Source of the DNA: Bacteroidales bacterium
Lineage (GTDB): Bacteria; Bacteroidota; Bacteroidia; Bacteroidales; WCHB1-69
Direction: 5' to 3'
DNA length: 64,000 bases
Assembly: GCA_017535665.1 (NCBI GenBank)
Contig: JAFXTS010000011.1
Location: forward strand, 12,399-76,398
The position numbers and the translations under genes are program-made. Of the stretch, positions 9,366 to 18,135 are shown one piece after another. Position 1 is the first letter of the stretch. Each line of letters opens with the position of its first letter. The notes under the pieces are model-generated. The model was not told where the DNA came from. It did no database searches and saw only the letters and a program-made list of their open reading frames with translations.

Positions 9366-9604
9366 CCGTCGACCGCAAGCGGTCGTAAGGCTGACGGAAA
9401 ACAATTAAGCGGCCTTGCGGAGCAAGGGCCTTTGGTTTGCCAGGACGCCCGCGGCAGCGAAAGGGATATCCAATCCCGAACGTCCCGTCGACCGCAAGCG
9501 GTCGTAAGGCTGACGGGAAACAATTAAGCGGCCATTGCGGAGCAAGGGCCTTTGGTTTGCCAGGACGCCCGCGGCAGCGGAAGGAATATCCAATCCCGAA
9601 CGTC
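9366..9604. repeat. tandem direct repeat, 2 units of 119/120 nt, GC-rich and hairpin-rich (REP-like or ncRNA-like)
   Basis: Unit 1 is 9366-9484 and unit 2 is 9485-9604. They differ at only 4 positions, including a 1-nt indel. Internal stems are CCGTC/GACGG, GACCGC/GCGGTC and GGCCTTGC/GCAAGGGCC. Confidence 0.9.
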
Positions 9605-9639
9605 TCGCAAAAGTCTCTATAACATTCAGAATCAGTGGT

Positions 9640-10119
9640 TTACATAGACAGAACCCGATTACTCGCAAGACCAAGCAGAAAAACATCTGTTCCATGATGG
9701 ATCGCTATCTTTCGAGATTTGCATAATCTATCAATTTCCGTCTGGTCAATTAAATCTGTGATATATATACATCTTTGATTTTTCAATTTGAGAACAGAAT
9801 ATCCATGACCAACTCTTGATGAAGTATAATACCAGCATTCTGATATGTCATCGATGTCGAATTCAATATTAATTAATTGATGGGTATAGCAAACATTATT
9901 ATCCAAGATTGTCATTTGTGTATGTTTATCAAAACGGTAACATTTGATTAGCGTATAAAAAGGGTAACACAGCATTATGATACAAGAAATGAAAATAGCG
10001 ATGATCGCGGTGGCATTAATATTCGAAACTAGAGATAACACCAATACTAAAATAATAGGAAGTAATGTAGTGACTATATCCAAAATAATATATTTATTGT
10101 CAATTTTGAATGTCTTCAT
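9640..10119 (-). CDS. hypothetical membrane protein (AT-rich, probably foreign)
   Basis: The ORF has two N-terminal TM helices (start taken at MKTFKID). Its GC content is much lower than the neighbours. No family recognised. Confidence 0.4.
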   Translation of the reverse strand: MKTFKIDNKYIILDIVTTLLPIILVLVLSLVSNINATAIIAIFISCIIMLCYPFYTLIKCYRFDKHTQMTILDNNVCYTHQLINIEFDIDDISECWYYTSSRVGHGYSVLKLKNQRCIYITDLIDQTEIDRLCKSRKIAIHHGTDVFLLGLASNRVLSM

Positions 10120-10740
10120 GACTAATTTTACTGCGATTACCAAATTATTGTACCTGTTTTCACTACAAATTTACTTTTAATTTTTGAAACAGAAGATGGA
10201 GAAAATTATTTCAAAGTTTTCTCCATTTTGGGGTAACGATCTTTGTAAGTGAACGACTTCCTTCTCACCCTTTGTGGACTCGTGTGAAAATTGTAATCGC
10301 ATGATTGTCAGTGATGTTGATTTAAGTGTGGATTCGTGTGAAAATAAGAATCAACCATAATACGGTATGTATGAAGTGTAGCGCTTCGAACCGATTTCAG
10401 GATTTTCCATCTTGATAAGATTGCTTTCATAGGTATCTGCCAATTAGCCATACCTACGGTTTTTAATTTGGTTGCAAAATTACTACTTTTCTTTAAAATA
10501 AAAATGTGAGCATTGTGCATTTTCACCACGGTTTATAGCTTTCCTTTCTTTGTGCCAAAGAAGTTCACAAGGCACCTGTCACCCTGGAATCACACCTACA
10601 AAGCGTGGCCTGAAAGTCTGAATTTTTTCCATTTTTTTGATTTTCAAGGCGAAAAAAACGAAATTCTGCGTATTTTTACAGCGTTGTTTTGCAACAATTT
10701 ATTGCTACATTAATTTGTTGTGTAAAAACCAATTACATAT

Positions 10741-11736
10741 TTACACAAAAAACAAGCTTACCCCCGCCACACTGATCATCGCCCCGATGACTTCGCGCAC
10801 CGTCACCCGCTGGTGGAACAACAATGCCGCCGGCGCAATGATGAGGATGGGCGTGAGCGCAAACAACGTCTGCGCAATGCCTGCAGAGGTGTACTGCGTG
10901 GCCAACAGCGACAAACTCACCCCGACAAACGGTCCGAAAAAGGTGGAACCTAACGCGCATAGCATCGACTTCCGGTCGTGCACCGCCCGCCGGAGCTGCC
11001 CCGTCCCGTCACGTGAAAACAATAGCAACAGCGTCAGAAAACTCACCAGCCCAATCACCGTGCGGATCATGGTGGCAGCAAATGGCATGCTGATCGACAA
11101 GGGTATCGGTATCAATGCCCCGTCGGGCACCATCTCCAGTGTGAGACCATGCTGTAGGATGGCCGCATCATAGTGCTGAAGCCCTATCTTGCTGAGTACC
11201 AGCCCCGCTCCTTGACCGATGCCAGCTCCACATGCGTACAGAATTCCCCGTAACGGCAGGTTGAATTGCAGCCCGTGATGCCGCCCTGCTTCTCCCTTCT
11301 GCGGCGTGCGTTTCGACAAAATCGACAGGGCAATGCCCGTCAGGGTGACCAACATGCCTATAACCGCTAACGGCCGCATCTGCTCGCCCAACAGCAACCG
11401 TCCCATGAGGGCTGCCGTAGGTGCCGACAAGGTCATAAAGAGCTGTCCGAACCGTGAACCGATAAGAATATAGCCCTGAAACAGACAGTAGTCGCCGGCC
11501 ACATAGCCCACCAATCCCGACAACAACAGCCAGCCCCAAGTGGGACCATCCGCGAAACGGGGATAGGGCACCCCCATCACCAACGACAGGGTGAGCACAA
11601 ACAGCACGAGTGAGAAAACCATACGCGCCACATTGAGCGGCAGCGAGCCGATGCGCTTCGAGGCCACCTCGGCAAACAAGGCCGTGACGGTCCACGAAAC
11701 CGCTACGGAAAGCGAGATAAATTCACCCAAAAACAT
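10741..11736 (-). CDS. EamA/DMT-family transporter
   Basis: Ten predicted TM helices in two EamA-like halves. The start is moved to the internal MFLGEFISL because the upstream gene ends at 11751. Confidence 0.75.
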   Translation of the reverse strand: MFLGEFISLSVAVSWTVTALFAEVASKRIGSLPLNVARMVFSLVLFVLTLSLVMGVPYPRFADGPTWGWLLLSGLVGYVAGDYCLFQGYILIGSRFGQLFMTLSAPTAALMGRLLLGEQMRPLAVIGMLVTLTGIALSILSKRTPQKGEAGRHHGLQFNLPLRGILYACGAGIGQGAGLVLSKIGLQHYDAAILQHGLTLEMVPDGALIPIPLSISMPFAATMIRTVIGLVSFLTLLLLFSRDGTGQLRRAVHDRKSMLCALGSTFFGPFVGVSLSLLATQYTSAGIAQTLFALTPILIIAPAALLFHQRVTVREVIGAMISVAGVSLFFV

Positions 11737-11750
11737 AAGAAAACTGTGGT

Positions 11751-12629
11751 TTATCTTTTGTACATCTCCAACAGGGTGATGATGCGGTAAACCAACGTGG
11801 CCGCGAGCACATCCGACACCACATTGTCGGGCTGCGGACACAGTTCCACCACATCGAAGCCGACGATACGGCGGTTCTTCGCCACCTTGTCGAGCAGTCG
11901 CACCAGCTCGTACCAGCTGAGACCGCCGGGGAGCGGCGTGCCGGTGGCGGGCAGCACCGAGGGATCCAGCCCGTCGAGGTCGATGGTGAGATAGACCTCA
12001 TCGGTGAGGCGGTCGCACACCTGGTCCATCCATTCGGGGTTCGCCCCAACAATATGGTGAGCGTAGAAGGTGTTGTCTTCCACGATGTTAGGCTTTTCTT
12101 CGATACAAACATTGCGAATGCCCACCTGCACCACGTTGGCCCCCATCTCCTGCGCCCGCCGCATTACGCAGGCATGGTTGTAAGGCGAGTGGTGGTACTC
12201 GTCGCGCAGGTCGGCATGGGCATCGATTTGCAGCACAGAGAGGTTCGGATGGCGCTCTTTGGCCGCCTGGATGGCACCCACGCTCACCGAATGCTCCCCG
12301 CCAAGAAGTCCCACCATCTTCCCTTTGTCCATGAAATGACAGGCACGCTCATACACCGATTGCACCATCGTATCGGGGCTGGAAAGGTCGAGTTGCGGCG
12401 TGTCGGTGTAGATGCCGGCGGTATAGGCTTCCATGCCACACATCGTGTCGTAAAGTTCCAGACTGTCAGACGCTTCGATGATGGCCTGTGGACCCTTGTC
12501 GGCTCCCTTCACAAACGTGCTGGTGCCGTCGTACGGGACAGGTATCAAAACATATTTTGCAGTCGCCTCCTGTGCAAATTCCTCGTCCATATCAAGGAAA
12601 TAGGAGGTCTCTTTGGGCATTTTCTTCAT
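11751..12629 (-). CDS. speB: arginase-family hydrolase, agmatinase-like
   Basis: Ureohydrolase motifs GGEHSVS, QIDAHADLRDEY, SPYNHACV and TIDLDGLDPSVLPATGTPLPGGLS. The first ATG is at 12629, and the listed ORF start at 12662 is TTG. Confidence 0.75.
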   Translation of the reverse strand: MKKMPKETSYFLDMDEEFAQEATAKYVLIPVPYDGTSTFVKGADKGPQAIIEASDSLELYDTMCGMEAYTAGIYTDTPQLDLSSPDTMVQSVYERACHFMDKGKMVGLLGGEHSVSVGAIQAAKERHPNLSVLQIDAHADLRDEYHHSPYNHACVMRRAQEMGANVVQVGIRNVCIEEKPNIVEDNTFYAHHIVGANPEWMDQVCDRLTDEVYLTIDLDGLDPSVLPATGTPLPGGLSWYELVRLLDKVAKNRRIVGFDVVELCPQPDNVVSDVLAATLVYRIITLLEMYKR

Positions 12630-12669
12630 ACGGGTAAATTTGACGCGGCAAAGATACGACAAATTTGTC

Positions 12670-13752
12670 TTACCGCACCAACGTTACCTGGCCTTTCTGA
12701 ACGTGCTGGGTGCCTAACTCATCGCGGTAACGGCAAGTGTAGAAATAGCCGCCAGCAGGCAGGTACTTGCCGTTGTTCATGCCGTTCCAGCCCTGATGGA
12801 TGTTGCGGGTGCGGAACAACAACGTGCCCGCCTTGTCATATACCATGCACTCAAAGTCGGTGATGCCGGCCGGTGCATATACCATCCACTCGTCGTTCAA
12901 ACCGTCGCCGTTGGGCGTGAAAGCAGTCGGAATGAACAACTCGCAGTCGCAAACCGTGATGCTCACACGGATGGTCGTGTCCTTACCCTCTTTGGTATGC
13001 ACCGTCGCCTCTACACGGGTATTCTCTTCCACAATCAGATCCACACTCTCCATGTCCGAACCAAAGCTCCAAAATACCTGGTCGGCATTGTGGACAAAAA
13101 GGGTGAGCTTGGAGTTGCGGCACACCAGCGTGTCGTGACTATAGGTGAGACGGAAGTCTTCTTTCTGGTTGGTGGTGGGGTGATGGTCGACCACTTGTAC
13201 CGCCTCCGGTTCGGGATTGTTGGGAACGGGCGGATTTTCGGGTTTCCCGTTGCCGCCGTTAGCCGGAAGCGTTTTGGTCTGCGGGGTGGTGGAGACAGTG
13301 GGGGCGGGGGAGGGAAAGGCAGACGTTTCTGCTGTGGTGATGTCGGTAACAGGTGCCGTTTCGGCGGGTATGATGACAGGGATTCTCGAAGATTGTGTGG
13401 GAGTGGTGCGAACAAGTGCAGAGGGGGTTGATGGGGTGTTAACGACTTGTTGTTCAGTGTTTTGCTGGATGATTTCTGTTTTGGCGATGGGAGTGCTGGA
13501 AGCATGATTTGGGGAGATGTTGGTGTCGTGGGTGGAAGGGGCGGGACGGAACAACAGCACCGCTGTGATGACAGCAGCCGTGAACAGGGCCGGGACGCCT
13601 GCGCGCAGTCCCCAATAACGGAACTGCCGCCCGCGGTTGAATCGCTTCACCGCTGAGTCGTTGGCAATGCCCTCCCACACCGACGGCTGGGGCTTCACCT
13701 CGTGGCCCGCCAGTTGGTTCTTGAACATCTCTCCGATTTCCTGTTCTTTCAT
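12670..13752 (-). CDS. anti-sigma-like membrane protein with a C-terminal T9SS type-B (gliding-motility CHU_C-type) domain
   Basis: It overlaps the sigma gene by 4 nt. Short cytoplasmic N-terminus, one TM (LRAGVPALFTAAVITAVLLF) and a Pro/Thr-rich linker. The C-terminus reads FTPNGDGLNDEWMV...GWNGMNNGKYLPAGGYFYTCRY. Confidence 0.65.
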   Translation of the reverse strand: MKEQEIGEMFKNQLAGHEVKPQPSVWEGIANDSAVKRFNRGRQFRYWGLRAGVPALFTAAVITAVLLFRPAPSTHDTNISPNHASSTPIAKTEIIQQNTEQQVVNTPSTPSALVRTTPTQSSRIPVIIPAETAPVTDITTAETSAFPSPAPTVSTTPQTKTLPANGGNGKPENPPVPNNPEPEAVQVVDHHPTTNQKEDFRLTYSHDTLVCRNSKLTLFVHNADQVFWSFGSDMESVDLIVEENTRVEATVHTKEGKDTTIRVSITVCDCELFIPTAFTPNGDGLNDEWMVYAPAGITDFECMVYDKAGTLLFRTRNIHQGWNGMNNGKYLPAGGYFYTCRYRDELGTQHVQKGQVTLVR

Positions 13753-14330
13753 TCTTCTATCTTTTTTTTCACCCCGACGTGATGTTTGAACTCTTCGCCG
13801 AGATATTTTTCAATTTTCTGTTTCAAGGAACGCTTGGCCTTAAACAGCTGCGTTCTTACTGTGGTATAGGAACTTCCGATCATCTCAGAAATCTCCTGGT
13901 GTGAGTAGCCGTCGATTTCGAAAAGGTTGAACACCGTTCGGTAACCGTCGGGCAGCTCTTGTATGAACCTCAGCAAAATCTCTTCCGACAGGAAGTCGTT
14001 CTGCTGTATTCGAACGTCGTGAATGGTCTCCGCCACATCATCCGCATCAATCTCCCCCTCCTCCTTCTTCCGTTTGTGGTATGCGTTGATGCAGGTGTTT
14101 ACCGCAATCTTGCGCATCCACGCGCCGATGTTTCCGTTCTCGTCGCAGGTGTCGAGGTTGGTCAAAACCTTCACGAACGTGTCGTGAAGCAGATCCTCGG
14201 CGTCCTCCATGCAGCGGGTGTACCGGATGCAAATCGCCATCAGCACCGGTGAGTATTTTTCGTACAACATGGCCTGATGTTTCCGACTGCCATTCTTGCA
14301 CTTACGGATAATCTCACTGTCGCTGACCAT
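13749..14330 (-). CDS. ECF-type RNA polymerase sigma-70 factor
   Basis: Region 2 (DAEDLLHDTFVKVL...GAWMRKIAVNTCINAYHKRKK) and region 4 (LPDGYRTVFNLFEIDGYSHQEISEMIGSSYTTVRTQLFKAKRSL). Confidence 0.9.
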   Translation of the reverse strand: MVSDSEIIRKCKNGSRKHQAMLYEKYSPVLMAICIRYTRCMEDAEDLLHDTFVKVLTNLDTCDENGNIGAWMRKIAVNTCINAYHKRKKEEGEIDADDVAETIHDVRIQQNDFLSEEILLRFIQELPDGYRTVFNLFEIDGYSHQEISEMIGSSYTTVRTQLFKAKRSLKQKIEKYLGEEFKHHVGVKKKIEE

Positions 14331-14392
14331 ACGGACGTTTCTGTTGATTATACAACCAGACTCCTAAAATGTTGCCTCGATAGGACAGATTT

Positions 14393-15610
14393 TCAGATTC
14401 TTTTGATGACCAACGCGCTGTTGGTGCCGCCGAATCCGAATGAGTTGGAGAGATAAATGTTGATTTTTTTCTCCTGCGTACGGTTCACAATATTCAAATT
14501 TTGTGAATGTTCGTCTGGGTTTTCAAAGTTGATGTTGGGTGCGATGAAATCGTTGAGCATCATAATGTTAGAATAAACGATTTCGCTGCCGCCCGCCATC
14601 CAGCACTCATGTCCCGTCATTGATTTGGTGGAGGAGATGGGTGTTTTCAGTGCGCCAAAAAGGTGGTTGAGGGCGTCGGCCTCGAAGGCATCGCCCTGCA
14701 AGGTGGAGGTGGCATGGGCGTTGATATAGTCAATCTCTTCTGCTCTCACCCCTGCATCCCGCATGGCACGCTCCATGGCGATGCAGGAACCTAAGTCGCT
14801 GGGCTGCGAGATGTTAGCGCCGTTGGAGGAGAAACCGTAACCGACTACCTCGGCGAGGATGGGCGCGCCGCGCTTCACGGCGTGCTCGTACTCTTCCAGA
14901 ATCACCGTCGCCGCCCCGCCGCTCGGCACCAGCCCGTCGCGGTCGCGGTCGAACGGCCGTGAAGCCTTGGTGGGGTCGTCAATGCGGGTGGAGAAAGCAC
15001 TGATGGCATCAAAGCTGCTCATCGACAGGTAGTTGACCTCCTGTGCACCACCGCAAATCACCATGTCCTGCAAGCCCTGCCGGATGAACATCAGCCCCAA
15101 GCCGATGGCATGCGAGCCACTGGCACACGCTGCACTGATGGTAATGTTGATGCCCTTCAGCTTGAAAATCGTGGAGAGGTTCATCGTCACCGTCGAGTTC
15201 ATCGACTGAAAGATCGCCCCCGAACCCTGCAAGGTGGTGTCCTTGGTCTCCAACGTCAGCATGTGGGCCTCTATCACCGACTTCGCCGATGAGTCATTGC
15301 CGTACAATATGCCGATTTCGTTTTTCTCCAAATATTCGCTGTCAATCTGAGCGTTGCGAAGCGCTTCGGCCGTCGCCATGTAGGCATATTCGCCCTCTTC
15401 GGCCAAGCACACCCGCGAGCGGCGATCCAACAGCCCCTTCAGCGCAGGCCGTTCCACAATGCCCGTCAGCGGCGAACGATAGCCGTACGCAATTCTCTCC
15501 TCATCGATGCCGATGCCCGATTTTCCGTTATAAAGCGATTGCCGCACCTCCTCTAAGTTCTTCCCGAGGCACGACCAAATTCCCATTCCTGTTATAACTA
15601 CACGACGCAT
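14393..15610 (-). CDS. beta-ketoacyl-ACP synthase (KAS I/II family)
   Basis: Active-site Cys in ISAACASGSHAIG. His motifs INAHATSTLQGD and KSMTGHECWMAG, with C-terminal SNSFGFGGTNSALV. Confidence 0.9.
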   Translation of the reverse strand: MRRVVITGMGIWSCLGKNLEEVRQSLYNGKSGIGIDEERIAYGYRSPLTGIVERPALKGLLDRRSRVCLAEEGEYAYMATAEALRNAQIDSEYLEKNEIGILYGNDSSAKSVIEAHMLTLETKDTTLQGSGAIFQSMNSTVTMNLSTIFKLKGINITISAACASGSHAIGLGLMFIRQGLQDMVICGGAQEVNYLSMSSFDAISAFSTRIDDPTKASRPFDRDRDGLVPSGGAATVILEEYEHAVKRGAPILAEVVGYGFSSNGANISQPSDLGSCIAMERAMRDAGVRAEEIDYINAHATSTLQGDAFEADALNHLFGALKTPISSTKSMTGHECWMAGGSEIVYSNIMMLNDFIAPNINFENPDEHSQNLNIVNRTQEKKINIYLSNSFGFGGTNSALVIKRI

Positions 15611-15676
15611 ATTAAACTCCTAACTCTTAACTCTTTAACTTCTTAACTCCTTGACTCCTTAACTCTCAACCCTCTC
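15611..15676. repeat. intercistronic 7-8-nt tandem array (mRNA sense GAGTTAAG-like units)
   Basis: It fills the whole gap between the fabG stop and the KAS start. The minus strand reads ttgagagttaaggagtcaaggagttaagaagttaaagagttaagagttaggagtttaat-ATG. Confidence 0.8.
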
Positions 15677-16405
15677 CTACGTATACAGTCCCCCGTTAAT
15701 CGACACCACCTCGCCGTTGATATAGGCGGCGTTGTCGGAGGCCAGGAATCCCACCAGAGCAGCCACCTCCTCGGGTTTTCCGAAGCGTCCGCAGGGGATC
15801 TGCTTCTTCAGCATCGCCTCGTCGAGGTCTTTCGTCATGTCGGTGGCGATGAAGCCGGGGGCTACTGCGTTGACAGTCACCTTGCGCGGTCCCACCTCCT
15901 GTGCCAACGCTTTTGTGGCACCGATGATGGCCGCCTTCGCTGCCGAGTAGTTCACCTGTCCGGGCAGCCCCTTGATGCCGGAGAGCGACACCACATTCAC
16001 GATGCGTCCCCACCGCTTCGTCAGCATGTCCTTCACCACCCGTCGGGTGATGTAGAAAAAGCCGTTCAGCGTGGTGTTCAGCACATCGTGCCACTGGCGG
16101 TCCTCCATAAATACTAACATGGTATCCTGACGGATGCCGGCATTGTTCACCAAAATGGCGATATAGTCGTCGGGATGCTGCTCCTGCCATGCGGTCACGG
16201 CGGCATCGGCCGCGGCGCCGTCGGCCACATCAAACGGCATCAGCTCCGCCGTCACGCCCTTCTCCTCCACCAAGCGGCGCGTCTCTTCAGCAGCCTCCTG
16301 GTTGCGGGCATAGTTGATAATCACGTTATAGCCCATATCGGCCAATTGGAGACAACACGCCCGGCCGATGCCGCGCGAGCCTCCCGTTACCATTGCATAT
16401 TTCAT
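15677..16405 (-). CDS. fabG: 3-oxoacyl-ACP reductase (SDR)
   Basis: TGGSRGIGRA cofactor motif, NNAG, and catalytic S...YSAAK. Its start overlaps the TAL stop by 1 nt (TAATG). Confidence 0.9.
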   Translation of the reverse strand: MKYAMVTGGSRGIGRACCLQLADMGYNVIINYARNQEAAEETRRLVEEKGVTAELMPFDVADGAAADAAVTAWQEQHPDDYIAILVNNAGIRQDTMLVFMEDRQWHDVLNTTLNGFFYITRRVVKDMLTKRWGRIVNVVSLSGIKGLPGQVNYSAAKAAIIGATKALAQEVGPRKVTVNAVAPGFIATDMTKDLDEAMLKKQIPCGRFGKPEEVAALVGFLASDNAAYINGEVVSINGGLYT

Positions 16406-17913
16406 TAAAAGTCGATTTTGTGGTTTTTCAAAAAGTCAATCACGAGTGCAATCTCCTCGTACTTCGGCGTGTCTTTCACAAAGGCCGGCACCAAGTTACG
16501 GATGTCGGTGTACAACGCTTGCGATTGTTCTGACAGGTCGTTTTTAATTTTCAGACAATCAATAGCTTGCGCGATGCCAATGAGATGGATGGCCATCACC
16601 TGATAGGAGTTTTCGATCACCCGTTTGGCGAGAATGGCCGAGTTGGTGCCCATGCTCACCACATCCTGGTTGTCGTTGTTGTTCGGAATGCTGTGAACGC
16701 ACATCGGGTTGGAAAGGGTCTGGCACTCGGCTGTGGTGGAGGTGGCCGTAAACTGCATGGCCTGCACGCCGTAGTTCAAACCGATAACGCCGAGGTTCAT
16801 GAACGGCGGCAAAATCTCGTTGATCTTGTCGTGACACAGGTAGTTGAACTGACGCTCCATCAGCATGGTCAGCTTGGTGACGGCGATCTTCATCTTGTCC
16901 ATCTCAAAACTGATATAGTCGCCGTGGAAGTTGCCACCGTGATACACGGTCTGCGTCTCGATGTCCACCACCGGGTTGTCGTCCACCGCGTTGAACTCCT
17001 CTTCGAGAATTTTCTCCGAAAAGTCGAGGGTGTCGAGCACGGGACCGAGAATCTGGGGGATGCAGCGCAGCGAGTAGAAAGGCTGTACTTTATGTTTGAA
17101 TACGGCCTCTTCGTGTGGGCGGTACAGTTCCACCTCGCGTTTCAGCAGCCGATGTGATGAGGCTGCTATGTTGGTCATCCACTGAGCGATACGCATCTGA
17201 CCCTTATGGTTCTTTAGGTCGTTGAGCTCAGGGGCAAGGAAGTCGTCGTAGGAAGACACGATCTCGTTGACCATCACGGAAGCGAGTACGGCAAACGAGA
17301 GGAGGCGTTTGGCATAATGCAGGTTCACCAAGCCGACGCCGGTCATCATGGCGGTGCCGTTGCACAGGGCCAGACCTTCGCGGATGTGCGGCTGGAACGG
17401 GGTGAGGTTGAGTTCTTTCATCACTTCGGCGGTGGGACGGAGCTCGCCTTTGTAGAACACCTGCCCCTCTCCGATGAGCGTCAGGGCGAGATGGGCCAAC
17501 TGTACGAGGTCGCCGCTGGCACCTACGCTGCCGTGTTGCGGAATGTAAGGATAAACGCCGTTGTTGATGAAAGCCGCCAGCATCTCCAATGCGCTGATGT
17601 GCACGCCCGACTTGCCGCTGGCAAAAGTCATGTAACGCGACAACATCGCCGCCTTTACGTAAATCTCATCGAAAGGCTCGCCCGCACCCGTTGAGTGACT
17701 GCGGATGATATTGTATTGGAGCGAAAGCAATTCATCATCGGGGATGCGGTACTGCGCCATCGGCCCAAACCCGGTGTTGATGCCATAAATGATTTTATCG
17801 GCCGAAAACTCCTTCAAAAAGTTGTAGCTGCGCTCAATTCTATTTCGGTCTTCGGCACTGATGACGAGTTTCTTGCCCTCGAAAAGAATTTTTTCAATCT
17901 CACTGATTTGCAT
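16405..17913 (-). CDS. aromatic amino acid ammonia-lyase (HAL/PAL/TAL family, MIO enzyme)
   Basis: MIO-forming triad in GSVGASGDLVQLAH, with length and conserved blocks of the lyase family. Its context with KAS and KR suggests a tyrosine ammonia-lyase role of the flexirubin type. Confidence 0.85.
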   Translation of the reverse strand: MQISEIEKILFEGKKLVISAEDRNRIERSYNFLKEFSADKIIYGINTGFGPMAQYRIPDDELLSLQYNIIRSHSTGAGEPFDEIYVKAAMLSRYMTFASGKSGVHISALEMLAAFINNGVYPYIPQHGSVGASGDLVQLAHLALTLIGEGQVFYKGELRPTAEVMKELNLTPFQPHIREGLALCNGTAMMTGVGLVNLHYAKRLLSFAVLASVMVNEIVSSYDDFLAPELNDLKNHKGQMRIAQWMTNIAASSHRLLKREVELYRPHEEAVFKHKVQPFYSLRCIPQILGPVLDTLDFSEKILEEEFNAVDDNPVVDIETQTVYHGGNFHGDYISFEMDKMKIAVTKLTMLMERQFNYLCHDKINEILPPFMNLGVIGLNYGVQAMQFTATSTTAECQTLSNPMCVHSIPNNNDNQDVVSMGTNSAILAKRVIENSYQVMAIHLIGIAQAIDCLKIKNDLSEQSQALYTDIRNLVPAFVKDTPKYEEIALVIDFLKNHKIDF

Positions 17914-18082
17914 ATTGAAAAATTAGTTGGTTGATTATTAAGATTTTATAAATTATTTTAAGGATAAAATTAAACTTCTCCCCCATTACCCAATCAAGCG
18001 GCAAATTTAGGCAAAAATTTTTATTAAAATGTTTTTGTTTTAAAAATATTAAATAAGAAAACAATGTTACAAAATAAAGTAG

Positions 18083-18090
18083 TATTTTTG
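18083..18090 (+). promoter_or_regulatory. -7 promoter box TATTTTTG for the DUF1573 operon
   Basis: TAnnTTTG match 46 nt upstream of the ATG at 18136, in an AT-rich divergent intergenic region. Confidence 0.5.
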
Positions 18091-18135
18091 CAGCCGTTTT
18101 GTAATTTGTAATAAAAGACAATAAAATAACGTACA

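Noticed and set aside
9366-9604. Possible CRISPR array, or SRP/4.5S-like RNA (CCAGG...GGAAGGAA string)
   Set aside because: There are only two contiguous units with no unique spacers, and the unit (120 nt) is far too long for CRISPR repeats. The SRP resemblance is limited to a short purine string, without the conserved domain-IV loops.
9125-9695. Several 60-130-aa ORFs over the tRNA-Ser gene and the 120-nt tandem repeat
   Set aside because: They overlap a clear tRNA and a repeat that is identical at the nucleotide level with hairpin structure. The repeated peptide (GLDIP.AAAGVLANQRPLLR) is a translation artefact.
8817-10740. Integrated mobile element or prophage at tRNA-Ser
   Set aside because: There is no integrase, transposase or phage gene, and no duplicated tRNA 3' end. 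Only a composition shift is visible, which I kept as a low-interest finding.
12054-12863. 269-aa plus-strand ORF across the agmatinase-like gene and the anti-sigma-like gene boundary
   Set aside because: It is antisense to two well-supported minus-strand genes and is His/Arg/Gly-rich.
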